Shown here: one piece after another, positions 52,481 to 64,000 of the stretch
Layout: each line of letters opens with the position of its first letter
How positions within the stretch are numbered: the first letter of the stretch is position 1
Assembly (NCBI GenBank): GCA_013265495.1
Contig: MU058781.1
Coordinates: 11,949,009 to 12,013,008, forward strand
Source: Vicugna vicugna
Lineage: Eukaryota
Reading direction: 5' to 3'
Length of the DNA: 64,000 nt
The notes under the pieces: model-generated
What the model saw: the letters and a program-made list of their open reading frames with translations, nothing else
The model's database searches: none
Told to the model about the DNA's origin: nothing
Translations under genes and position numbers: made by a program

Positions 52481-55111
52481 ATCGTGTGTTTCACAGGTCT
52501 AAGTCTTTTTTAAGGTAGAGTTTAAAAAAAGATTATTTATTTAAATTTATTTGTTCATTACTATAAAACAAACAGAGGGATATGATGATCATTGATCCTC
52601 CTGAGGGCAAATTTGGGTTTTGAGGTACTTCAGCACCCCCCCCCCCCATTCACTGATGTCCCTGTCCCTCCTCATGTGATGAGAATGGGGAGGTTCCCCA
52701 GACAAAGCTGGGTTCCTCAGCTTCCTCCTGAATAAGGACAGCCCGCATTCCCTACACCCTTCACAAATAAAGATCAACACTTTTATCTGTTCTCCGCAAT
52801 AAAATGTGTTTGAGAATTAATATTGTTTTATAACATGTGACCCAAAGAATTTTAAGTTACCCTTTCTAAGATGTATATCTTGAAATGTTGCTTTTTTAAA
52901 AAAAATTGATTTCTTAAAGGATTCTAGTATTCTTGCAAACTGTCACAAAGGATCTGAAAGGTTTGCAGATTCAGAATAACTCAGATTAAATTGCAGTTTT
53001 AAGCTTTTGCTGAATTTGACTAACATTTATATTTTAGTTCTATGAAAACATTTATATCCATGGCTCCATAATTCAACACAGATTTTTTTTTTTAATCTCT
53101 CCATGACATCCACACTGTCTCCAAATACCCTTTCTCTTCCTCAGATGTTAGCTAAGTGATAGTTTTCTGGATTTCTAGTAAATGTCCTGCTGGTTGCCAG
53201 ATTATGTCAGTGCGGGGCCATCTGGTACCACCTTTTTCCAGCTGTAAACACTCCAATAATAAATATGAAGAATGGTCAAAATCACTAGACAGCCAGAATC
53301 GAGACTAGCATGAAAATCTGTGTGTAGTTTTGGTTGTAAGAGCCCTGATTTTTTTCCATCCTATATTTTTGTAATTTCCTGCTATTCGTGTGCTTGTTAA
53401 CACAGACCTTGTGTGGATAAGGGCTCAAGAGATGGGGGAGGAAATCCTTCATTCTGTTTCAGTAGCATGAAGCTGAGTGCATAACGTGCTTCCCTCCCAG
53501 TTCTCTTCACGTGTTGGCCAACTGCCAAGTGCCCACACTTAACCATGGAGCGTTTTGCTCTCAAGACGAAATTCACCTTCTAATTTTGGAATTTATTTAT
53601 TGAGTTTTGTTATACCTCACTAAGGAGATAACTTTACTGAAGATTTTCTTGATGAGAGTCTGGTGTTTCCCATATGTCTTGGACTCAATTATTCCATTAC
53701 AAAAATACATGGATACAGCCAATAACAGGACAAACTGAAGGAAACTGGTCATTTAAACAATCATAGATGTTACCTCCAGAAATTGACCTTTTCTGTGGGC
53801 CATTGCAAGTTCCTTTTATCTAACGTCATTAATCCACTCTCCACCTCCTTCATTGCCAAGCTCTTGTTTCCTACCTCTTTGATACAAGTACTGAACTCCC
53901 TAGGCTGTGATGGTTCAGCTCTCTGTGTCTGCCCCTGGACTGGCTTTTAGAGGGTAAGATAGTATCTAGGTAAGTCTCAGAAGCCCATACCTAATATACA
54001 GTGGGCTTTAAATAAAGATTGGTTGCAATGAATAAATATTCCTTGTATAACATTCGCTTTTCATCCTGGAGTGTATTTAGTTTCTTTCCTGATGGTCTTT
54101 GAATTTTTTGAGGGCAAAGAACGGGTCTTACTTATATATACCTCCCCAGCCCCAGCATTTTGTAAACGTGGTATGAGCAATTTAATAAATGTTAAATTGA
54201 TAGCCAAAAAATTCTTCCTTGTACTGAAGTAAAATATTCTTCCCTCTCCACCTCTGTCTTCTCTCTACAAACCCAAATGCACGCTCACCCTCGAGAAATA
54301 GCTCAGGAACCTTCACCAGACACACACTGGAGTTGGTTCTTTGTAACTCTGAAGGAGGAGGATGAGATAATAACCCCTTCAGTATCACTCCTGAAACATT
54401 CTGAACTCGCAGCAGAGAACTGCGCCAGTTTAGGGCTGTGCTCGGAACCCTCAAACCCTCAGCTGTTTTCTTTTTTTCTTGGAGTGCCTCCTTGGGTCCT
54501 GCTGCCGTGACCGGTTCTGGCCTGACCCTCATCCCTTATCCTGCCCAAGGCTCTGTCCAAGTGGGGACCAAAAAAAAAAAAAAAAAAAAAAACCCTGTTT
54601 CCCTTTAGGATGGTTAAGATAGTTTGGGATTTTCAAGAAGAATTTTACTGAAAAACAAAAACAAAATGATTTATAAAAGTATACCCAATTTAAAACAGCT
54701 GTATTTCCAAAATACACAATTTAGAGCCATGGACATGAAGAGCTTTGCAAAATCCCGTATCTCTGTCATGTTAAGAACAACCATAAGTGATGTGTGTACT
54801 GACCTCTTGAATCCCAGTGAGGGACCAGCCTCCTCTGGGCTTCCATTCTGAAGTGGCCTGATGAAAAATCTACCCACCACGGGGTCCAGACTAACAGCGT
54901 CCTGAAGAGCTTACCTCTCTTTTCACAGAACAATCTCACCCTCCTCATGTGTTTATTTGTTGTTTTTTGAGGTGATATTATCAGTTTACTTCAGTTGACT
55001 TGAACTTGAGCCATTTGTGTTATGTATACAAAAAGTGTCTAGAGTGTTAATTATTACTTTTCCCTTTGATTGCTTCTTCCATTGTGCACAGATGATTTTC
55101 TCACTCTTTGT

Positions 55112-55297
55112 TTTTTTTTAAACATTTTTATTATTGAGTTACAGTCATTTTACAATGTGTCAAATTCCAGTGTAGACCACAATTTTTCAGTTATACATGA
55201 ACATACATATGTTCATTGTCACATTTTTTTCCTCTGTGAGCTACAAGATCTTGTGTATATTTCCCTGTGCTATACAATAGAGTCTTGTTTATCTATT
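55112..55297 (-). mobile_element. Short lineage-specific L1 3' end
   Basis: tacaatgtgtcaaattccagtgtag...atttccctgtgctataca; perfect 11-bp TSD tcactctttgt at 55101-55111 and 55298-55308. Confidence 0.85.
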
Positions 55298-55787
55298 TCA
55301 CTCTTTGTAAAAATCCATTTCAGTCTAAATTCTGGCTTGGACTGTAATACAGTAAGTAGAGGAGCACATTCCTATATTAACTTCCAGGTACTTTCAATAG
55401 ACTTAAGTATCTGAATTTACATCTATGTCATTTAAATACTGTACACTGAGTCAAGAATCACCTGGCAGGATTAAGAGGAGGATAAAAATGATCAGTTCAA
55501 TTGCTTGCATCATTCTAAGACTTCAAAGTGGAATCCTTTCTGGCTGCATCCTTAGAAGTGGAGCAAAATGAAGTTGATTCCATTTCTTTCTCCTACTCAG
55601 TGAGTTGGTTGTGTCTGTGACTCACCTGTTCTTCCCGAGCAGATGTCAGAAGACCTTTTGGGGGTGGTGCTTACGGTTAACCTCAGTCCTGCAAGTTGGT
55701 GGGGTAGCTGGACCATTCATAGAAACTCACAAACCTGATTTTGTTCCCTGGAGTAGCAATTGAGCCTGGATGTTCTTGATGTTGCAG

Positions 55788-55891
55788 GGGTGAACAGCCT
55801 TTTTCAGTCACTCAGTGCCAACCCGTTGACCGCCACCACCCTTACCCATCTGGACCTCTCAGGGAACATCCTTCGCGGAGATGACCTCTCG
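55788..55891 (+). CDS. CARMIL1: CARMIL1 coding exon (about exon 13), (G)[37 protein letters not shown]
   Basis: ttgcag|GG GTG ... TCG|gtaggt; 104 nt, phase 1-0. Confidence 0.95.
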
Positions 55892-56998
55892 GTAGGTTTT
55901 CTTTGCCTTACTGCCTTCTTCAAAGAAGCTGGACTTAATCAGCCTGGATTAATTTCTAAATAGGACTTTGTAATGTACTTTCCCACACCTCCCTCATCAT
56001 GACCCCTTAAAATCGTTGACTTATGAGATGATGAAGTATTTTAGAGACTTCCTTCGTTAAATGTAGTCTGTCACATAGATTTTTTTTCTTCCTCACTTAA
56101 GGTTGTTCAAGTTTAAATTCTTTTTGACAATACTTTTTCTGAAGGAATATTTTGTTTTCATTTCAAAATAGTATTGTACCTGTTAAATTTGCCTGATAAG
56201 AAAGATTGGAAACATAAAGTGAATTATTTCCTCATGGAATAATATTGTAGGAAGACTGGTAGCTTTTTTTTTTTTTTTAAATAGCTTGTGATTGAAAGGG
56301 GATATTGGGATGCACTTTAGTCCTATATTCCATGAATACAATAGAGAGAGGGGAGGGTTAGGAATCAGCTGGGGCCAGTCTTGAAGGTTTGAGGGTGAAG
56401 GCAAACAGTCTCCCTTCAATTATAACAAGATTCTTCATGCAGCTGAATCAGTAATAAAAATGTTTGGCTTACTGATAGAGTGAGTTAAGGTATGATCTCA
56501 TCACCACATGGGATGAATGGTCCCCTCTGGTCACCAGGGTAGAATTTAGAAGAAATACTTCCTTACCAGCAGGGCCTACAGCACATGAATTCCTTTAGAA
56601 GACTGTCATTTACATTCTGTTGCTTCATGGAACTGAAAAACACACTGAAATTTATTCTCATTTCTCTTCTGGTTTTACTTTCCTTGTAAGACAGGGAATG
56701 TTGCCACAGCCCTTACACTTGAACTCGTTTACATAATACTTGCTTCCTACTGTGCCATGACTTTTTCAATGCGTTGTCCAGTGGTGGCTGTCACCTTCAC
56801 TGATGACTCATAAATCTGCTCCTTCCCAATATGAAACAAGGAGTCCGATGAGAAACCACCAAAACGTTACAGTGACAGAATAGGGAGAAGGATATAAGAG
56901 CCTGAAGATTTAATTATAAGGCCACTGAAAGAGGGGCCTTAAAGGGTACCCAAGACAGCAAAGTAGCCGGCCAGGAGTCTTGTCCCAGCCCTGGCCCT

Positions 56999-57034
56999 GG
57001 GGAAGGGGAAGGGGAAGGGGAATGGGAATGGGAA
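56999..57034 (+). repeat. (GGGGAA)4(TGGGAA)2 purine-rich repeat, G-quadruplex-forming motif
   Basis: Four G4 runs with 2-nt loops plus two G3 runs. Confidence 0.8.
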
Positions 57035-57200
57035 TGATGAGGCTGGGCTTCCAGCCCCGGACGGGCTGAGGTTCCGGGAGTCCTTCAGCAGGTGCAGGGA
57101 GGGGCGTACTCAGCCCCGTGCCTTCTGGGAGAGGAGCCTAGCAGGGCCCGCTGGAGAAGTGTTGGCTGTAGGGTCTGGTCACCGCTCAAGGGTGATTAGA

Positions 57201-57214
57201 GCTCCCCCTGCTGG
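57201..57214 (-). promoter_or_regulatory. Candidate CTCF site
   Basis: Minus strand CCAGCAGGGGGAGC, 13/14 match to core CCAGCAGGGGGCGC, in non-repeat GC-rich context; motif only. Confidence 0.5.
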
Positions 57215-57720
57215 TGGCCAGAATAAAATCACAGTGCCAGGCAAAGACAGAATCCGATTTTCACTAAGTGAGAACAAAATTATTTTTCTGAATCAGAACT
57301 TTTCAGAATATAGTACGTTCTGTGTGTCTAGTTGTTCTAAAGTATTTCCAGACTCATCTTTAACTCTTGAATTCCTGGCTGAAGAGGAGCTTTCTCAAAC
57401 ATCTATAGCAAAGCTGCTACACTTAGGAGTCTTTGCTAAGGACTAGGACATCTCAGCGTAAGCTGGTTTGTTTTTCCAAGTATCTCATGGCATCCAGTGA
57501 AGCAGAGCAGAATTTAGCTATTTGCCCTGTGCCAGGAGCTTGGACTTAGTTTGTTACTGGTGGATGCTGGCAGTTGCTACTCACACAGGACAATTTAAGA
57601 ACAACAGAGTTATTAATTTTATTGTTTTGATAGCTTGCAGGGGCATGAGGGGTAGTTGAGGCATTGAGAACCCCTGGAAATAAGTGTCTTACTATAAGTG
57701 AGATGTAAAAAAATCTAGGA

Positions 57721-57872
57721 GTGAGGAGGGTATAGCTCAGTGGTAGAGTGTGTGTTTAGCATGCATGAGGTCCTGGGTTCAACCCCTAGTACCTCCATTA
57801 AAAAAATACATAAGTAAATAAATAAAATAAACCCAATTAACACCCCCCCCAAAAAAAGAAGCAGAACAAAAC
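57721..57872 (+). mobile_element. tRNA-derived SINE (Vic-1-like), long form
   Basis: gagggtatagctcagtggtagag...gaggtcctgggttcaacccctagtacctcc plus A-rich tail. Confidence 0.9.
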
Positions 57873-58267
57873 AAAACCCTAGTAGTATTGCCTTTCTTGT
57901 TAGATTTTGAAAGTAAGGCTAGAAAAATGATTTTGTTGCACTGAAGAGAATATAGCCTGAGACCACCATCCTGTGGTTCAAATTCAAATTAGTGGCTCCT
58001 TGAGCAGTTTCAGAAGTGATTGGCATTTTGATAGGGTGACTGCAATTCAGGTAGGATTTCAGTCTTAGCAGTTAAAATTAATTAGCACCGTCCCAAAATT
58101 GTATAATGAAAATGGAGCTAATCAGGAAAACCAAGTCATATGTTAACAAATAGGGGATCTAATAGCCAAGACTCCATTTGGCCTCTTTTTAACTTAAACA
58201 TAATTTAAAATAATCTTTGGAGTTTTGCTCTCAGGGAAGGGAATGGAATGACAGGAAATTCTGCTAA

Positions 58268-58600
<333 letters not shown>

Positions 58601-58631
58601 TGAAAATAAGAGTGCCTCGTTTCTTTCTCAG

Positions 58632-58708
58632 GTCTGTCGAGCCCTCCTCCGTGGATGCCTTCAGTACTTAGCTGTGCTCAATCTCTCCAGAACTGTCTTT
58701 TCTCACCG
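58632..58708 (+). CDS. CARMIL1: CARMIL1 coding exon (about exon 15), [25 protein letters not shown](R), LRR
   Basis: tctcag|GTC ... CAC CG|gtatgc; 77 nt, phase 0-2; preceding intron only 139 nt. Confidence 0.95.
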
Positions 58709-60064
58709 GTATGCATCCATTCTGGCTCTCGTCTCGGAGTATCTTTCTCTCAGAGAAATTTGTAGTGAGATGAAAACAGGGCGATAAAGGGTGAACGTTG
58801 TGCGTGGAAGAAGGAGATGGTGTTAAACCATTATCTATGAATATTAGGTCTTGAAAGTTCAAGTTTTTGTTATATCTTTTTTCATTGCAGGTCATTGTTC
58901 ACATCAATAACTCCAGCCTACCTGTATGAATTACATAGTAATGTGCTATTCCTCCTACGTGGACAGGCATTCTCTTAATATCTTTCAAAACCCTTCTAGA
59001 GGGGTCTATAGGTGTTTCTCAGTAAAGCCCTTTGAAGTAATTATCAACTGTCTCCGGGAAACAGAGTAGCAGTCATCCCAAAGCTGACGCGTTTTAATTT
59101 GTAGAAGTGGAGGACCAGCCTAAGTACCTCACTCCTACCTTCCTGATTTAGAATTGTTTGTGAAGTCAGGCAGTAGATTAAAAGCAACAAGTATTCACAC
59201 ACACGCAGCAATGTAGAATGGGAGAATGCAGAAGAATTATGAGAAGGACGTGGGTTGTGTAAGTGTGGAGTTCGGGGACCATCTAATGCTCAACCCTTAG
59301 CATTCGTAATTATTACTGCAAGTCATAAATGATGTTTTAGTCATTATATGCTCTTTAATAACATGGAGGATTGTTTAATATTATAAACATCTCCTTTTTT
59401 TAATTGGCTAACTTTTTAAAAGCTTTACATATTCAGAGAGTAAGAGTCACTTGTTTGGAAAATTCAGATTTCAGCAGGCTTTATTCTACAATTATGCCTC
59501 ATAAGTGAGTTATTCTATATTTTAAAGTACTTGTGATGTAAATCTTTACAGTAGCAAAAATATGCTACATATACCTCAATAGGATTTGACCAGAGAGTGC
59601 CTAATGTAGGAGATACAGTGGTGGGAGAAATTGAGTGTTTTCTAAGATACTTTATTTGGAAGGCCCTAGAGGGTATTATGTTGACCGCCAGTCAGTTCAT
59701 GTGCTGGAAGGTAGCTTATGAAGCCGTGCTTTGGTGGAGCTAGAATTGACTAAGGAACTGGGTTAGAAATGATATCATAGACTATGTGGATTTTTATCTC
59801 ATTAGCTCTTTTGAGTTCGTAATACTGTGAATTCTGTTATGACTGATCTTCAGTTGAGCTATTAAACTTACGGAGCAGAATTGTGCTAACAAATTGCCTT
59901 GTCTTCCAAATGGAAGATTGTGATTAAACTGTTCAATACCCAGGACCTTACCTAGATATAATCATAGAAAGCCCTTGGTAATTATGTCAAAACTGCTACA
60001 TTTACACTGAGCTGTGGATTGTTAGCCAGGCTATTCATACTTTTGTTCACAGACCATTTCTAAG

Positions 60065-60430
60065 TGTAGCAGTTAGGAGAGGTCATGTTGTTCCAGTAAC
60101 AAATGATCCCCCCAACTCACCACCCTCTCCATAGCTTCCAGCAACAAGATTTTGTGACATGTCGCTTATGGGCTGGCCACATCAGCTTCATTCTGGGAGG
60201 CAGAGCAGTCTCTAGAATGTTGACAGTCGCATAGCAGAGGAGAAAGAATCAGGGTAGCGCACATGCTGGTAGGTCAGACTTCTCTCTGAAAGTCACGAAC
60301 ATCGTTTCTACTCACAGCCTGTTGGCTAAATGGACTTGTGTGGCCAGGCCTGCTGTCGATGAGATGAAGTATCACCCTCCCTCGGAAAGGGGCGGTGAAT
60401 TACCGGGGAACATTGGAACGCTGGGCACCA
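60065..60430 (-). mobile_element. Old MLT1-type (MLT1I/J-like) MaLR LTR
   Basis: tgtagcagttagg...cagtaacaaatgatccc...tctactcacagcctgttggctaaa. Confidence 0.6.
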
Positions 60431-61617
60431 AGACAAAGTAGCAGGAAGAAAACTATATTCAAAGAATAATTTAACCACATTTGCTCATCAGAAAATGAAC
60501 AGGCGGATACAAGCAGATATCATTCTACTATATGGAACCAGGGTTGTTTGAAACATCTAATATATATTCTACCAGAATTCTCTTTCCTCTTAAATTTGTT
60601 TTTCATCCTCTCAAATAGAGATTCTGGTTGCTGAGCTGTTTCTTCTCAAATAGCCTGAAATTGTCTCATTTTAAAAATACTGACAGGTTGCCTAGACCTC
60701 TGTACGTAAAATATTGTTGAATATTCTGTGCGTGGGCTAGATGGCTTGGGTAGCCTCTGCCCTGAGATTCTGTGGCTCCCTCCACAGACTATGAATAACT
60801 GTATTAAATGAGTGTTTACTATACATCAGGCTAAGTACTTTAATTACTCCCAACAGTTCTGCCTGTTAGAATAAAACAAACAAAGCATTCGTATTCTAGT
60901 TTTGACCCAGGAATCTTGTTTTCCTTAAACCCCTGTAGAGTGGTGCTGACTCTGCCTTCTTGTAGAGTTGTGTGATTTGATCCACTTACTTCCCACTGCA
61001 ATAGCAAAGGACATATTTGGAGGTTATAGCCATTTCCTTTTGAAGTTTTGTCTGCATTCTAATATTTGGCCTGAAATAATTAGATGTGTGCTTTGGATAC
61101 AAGAGCTGAACAGGATATTTGTCATCCAGATTTCATACCAGTCAGACTTGACAGCAGGTCACAATCTTGTTGCATCTGAGACATGCTACACCTAGAAATA
61201 TTGCTCAATGCAGAAGGCCACCCTCAGCAATCCAATGCCACCCAGCGGGATGGCTCTTTAAATTGGTGAGAAAGGTATATTGTCTTTAATTTCTTATTTC
61301 TTAAAAATCTGCACATGGAGTTTCCTAAAGATCGGGAGGTAGAAAGCAAATTTCTTGGCTACAAGAATAGGAATAAAATGTTTAAAGGACTTCATGAGAT
61401 TTCTTCACTTCTCTTACATCATTCCTTTAAGTATATTGAATTTATTTATTTAACTCAGACATCTTCTTTTTACCTGTAAATTTCTGCTGAAGATATAACC
61501 GATTGATGGATTATTTCACAGTGTCTGAATAAGCAATGAATGATTTTGCCAGTTTGGAAGTGGGATGCTGAAATGGAGGTTTAACTGCCAGTATGCCTCT
61601 CCTGTTTTATTTTTCAG

Positions 61618-61722
61618 GAAAGGAAAAGAAGTACCCCCATCTTTCAAGCAGTTTTTTAGTAGTTCCCTGGCTCTGATGCACATCAACCTTTCAGGCACAA
61701 AACTGTCTCCCGAGCCCTTAAA
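61618..61722 (+). CDS. CARMIL1: CARMIL1 coding exon (about exon 16), [34 protein letters not shown](K), LRR
   Basis: tttcag|G AAA ... TTA AA|gtgagt; 105 nt, phase 2-2. Confidence 0.95.
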
Positions 61723-62255
61723 GTGAGTGGTTAATTCATTTTCGCCAGTGCTTTTAAAGTTCAGTTTGTTGTTATGAATGTGCTTTGGGGAAGGGGAAAA
61801 GGCATACAATTCTAAAACAGACAAGGCAGATGAAAATGCCTTTTTACTTTGGGACACAAAAAGAAATCAGATTCTTTTTGAGTACATTGTGCACTATTGG
61901 TATTATTGCATCTTCTATGAAAAAATAATCTTTCTTGGTTTGTGACCTTGGCAGTGCTCATTGATCTATGAAAGTTGTGCTCCCAGGTACCATTGCCTTT
62001 CTATTGACCTCTGTTTAGTTCTTTTTGGGTATGAACTTGTGTGTGTGTGTTTTAAAATCTATTAGTCCTAAATATTTCTACTAGCAGTGTTAATCAAACT
62101 CTGTACACACGTGTGTGTGCACTAGAACCATTTTTTTCGGTGCTTTGGTTTCTGAATTACCTAGATATCTATCTGTTTGGTATTTTTACTTGGCAGCCAA
62201 CTTATGTTGCAGGTTAAGATCCCCAGTGTAGGTGTAGTGGTGAGGTTGAGCTTTT

Positions 62256-62390
62256 AATTTTTTTAAATTAAAAAAAATTTTGGGAGGGGATTAGGTTTAT
62301 TGATTGATTGATTGTACTAGGGGATGAACCCAGGACCTCATGCATGCTAAGCACATGCTCTATCTACCACTGAGCTCTGCCTTCCCCCAC
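62256..62390 (-). mobile_element. tRNA-derived SINE (Vic-1-like), long form
   Basis: gtactaggggatgaacccaggacctcatgcatgctaagcacatgctc...taccactgagct. Confidence 0.88.
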
Positions 62391-62959
62391 AAAGCTGAAC
62401 TTCTTAGAATAATTTGTTATCCTGGAATTTCTGTTCACCATTGTCAGAAGTAATCAAAAGGGCCATAGAATCTAATTCTCTCTGAGTCAAAAACTCATTT
62501 TCGAGTAGTTATGAATATGTACATTGTCAGGTATGTTCAAATGTATGCAGATTTCTCTTTCCCCAGCTGACATTAAATGTAAATCAGCTTTAATTTTTCC
62601 CTTGTAATTTGTATGAAATGTTAAAATCAATGTCTGCTATTCGTTTTACTGGAGAATTAATCATCTAATTTGTAAATTGCCTTTTCTTTTTTCTTTTTGA
62701 GAGGTGTGAAATTCTTGATTACAGTATTCCACAAAGTACCATATCACTAAAACCATCGATGCCTTTAAGAATATGGATTCAGCTAAGTGCTAAAAACGAA
62801 CAAACAAAAAAACTTGATGTTATAACAAGCCTTTTAAAAAACAACAACATTGAATCTGTATATTAGAGATCTCTAAATGTAACAGCTGCACATAGTTTGT
62901 ATGGACATTAATAAAGCTATCAGAATCAGTATTCTGAAGGGGATCCGTTATAATTTAAC

Positions 62960-63080
62960 CACACTCATTTACTTATTCATTCATTCAGCTGGTACTCATT
63001 GAGCATTTACAATGGGCTGGATACCAGGAGTGCAGTGAGAAAGCAAAACCAGACTTGATCTTTGCCCTCATAGTGTATCA
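62960..63080 (-). mobile_element. L2 3' end
   Basis: ttcattcattcagc...cattgagcatttac...tttgccctcatag. Confidence 0.6.
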
Positions 63081-63351
63081 GCGGGAGATTAGAATATTCA
63101 AAGTAGTTTTAGTGATAGGTACGTGGTATTCTAAGACTTTGAATACTGTGGATTCCTGTAAAATACAGTGTAGTTCCTCATTCATTTAGTGCAGTTGATT
63201 TTATAGAGTAATGCTCACCACAATGTTGGATTTACTGTACTTTATTATAGATACAGACTTGTAAATATTTATACTTAAAAGTTATTTTGTTGGTGTTAAA
63301 TCTTGTGACCTGTTGTAATTTATGTGACTGTTTGATAATGTTAACTCAGTA

Positions 63352-63909
63352 CAGGCAGACCTCAGAGAGTTTCCCAGTTTGGTTCCAGACCACTACAATA
63401 AAGTGAATATTGTAATAAAGCAAGTCACACAAAATTTTTGGTTTCCCGGTGCATATAAAAGTTAGGTATACACTGCAGTGTAGTTTATTAAGTGTGCAAT
63501 AGCATTATGTCCAGAAAAACGTATATATCTTAAATGAAAAACACTTTATTGCTAAAACAAAAGTAAGTTAGCCATCAGCTGAGCCTTCAGCAAGTCTTGT
63601 TGATCTTTTTTGCTGGTGGAGGGTTTGAAATATTGCGAGAATTACCCACATATTACTTGGAGACATGAAGTGAGCAAATGCTGTTGAAAAAATGGCATCA
63701 AGAGACTTGCTCGCTGATACATGTATGTTCATGTATGACTGAAGCATCGTGCTGTGCACCAGAAATTGACACAACATTGTAAACTGACTAGACTCAAAAA
63801 AAAAAAAAAACCAGACTTGCTTGATCCAGGAAGGCCATAAACCTTCAGTTTGTTAAAAAAAAAAAAAAAAAGCAATATCTGGGAAGTGTAATAAGAAGAG
63901 GTATGCGTA
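63352..63909. mobile_element. Internally deleted Tigger1 derivative (TcMar-Tigger)
   Basis: TA|caggcagacctcagaga ... gaagaggtatgcgta|TA TIRs; ggttccagaccactacaataaagtgaatat Tigger1 motif. Confidence 0.88.
63712..63812 (+). mobile_element. Short L1 3' end with poly-A nested in the Tigger1 derivative
   Basis: caccagaaattgacacaacattgtaaactgacta plus poly-A; TSD agacttgct at 63703-63711 and 63813-63821. Confidence 0.85.
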
Positions 63910-64000
63910 TAGTCTCTTCAGGTCTGTGGTTACTCAGTAAAAATTTTAATGTGAGGAAAAAGCTTCGTGGCTGAAGATTCTGTAAACAGAGTTCCATATG

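Overview
Mammalian genomic DNA, most likely camelid, judged from seven copies of a short tRNA-derived SINE resembling Vic-1 and from cetartiodactyl-type L1 3' ends. The whole window lies inside one + strand gene, CARMIL1 (LRRC16A; capping protein regulator and myosin 1 linker 1). I traced 14 consecutive GT-AG coding exons (about exons 3-16 by human numbering). They total 1187 nt, have compatible phases at every junction and no stop, and encode roughly residues 47-442: most of the N-terminal PH-like domain, the linker/N-cap and the first LRRs. Introns carry ordinary eutherian repeats (L1, L2, MIR, solo LTRs, hAT-Charlie and Tigger DNA transposons) and one 37-nt assembly gap. Repeat family names and human-protein comparisons come from memory of consensus sequences, not from a search. 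I found no convincing undescribed biological system. The best leads are a possible antisense first exon/promoter in intron 8, inverted SINE pairs bracketing exon blocks (circRNA architecture), a Tigger7/MER44 remnant with an open 100-codon CENP-B-type HTH ORF, two hAT elements sharing one triplicated target site, and a CTCF/AP-1/G-quadruplex cluster in intron 13.
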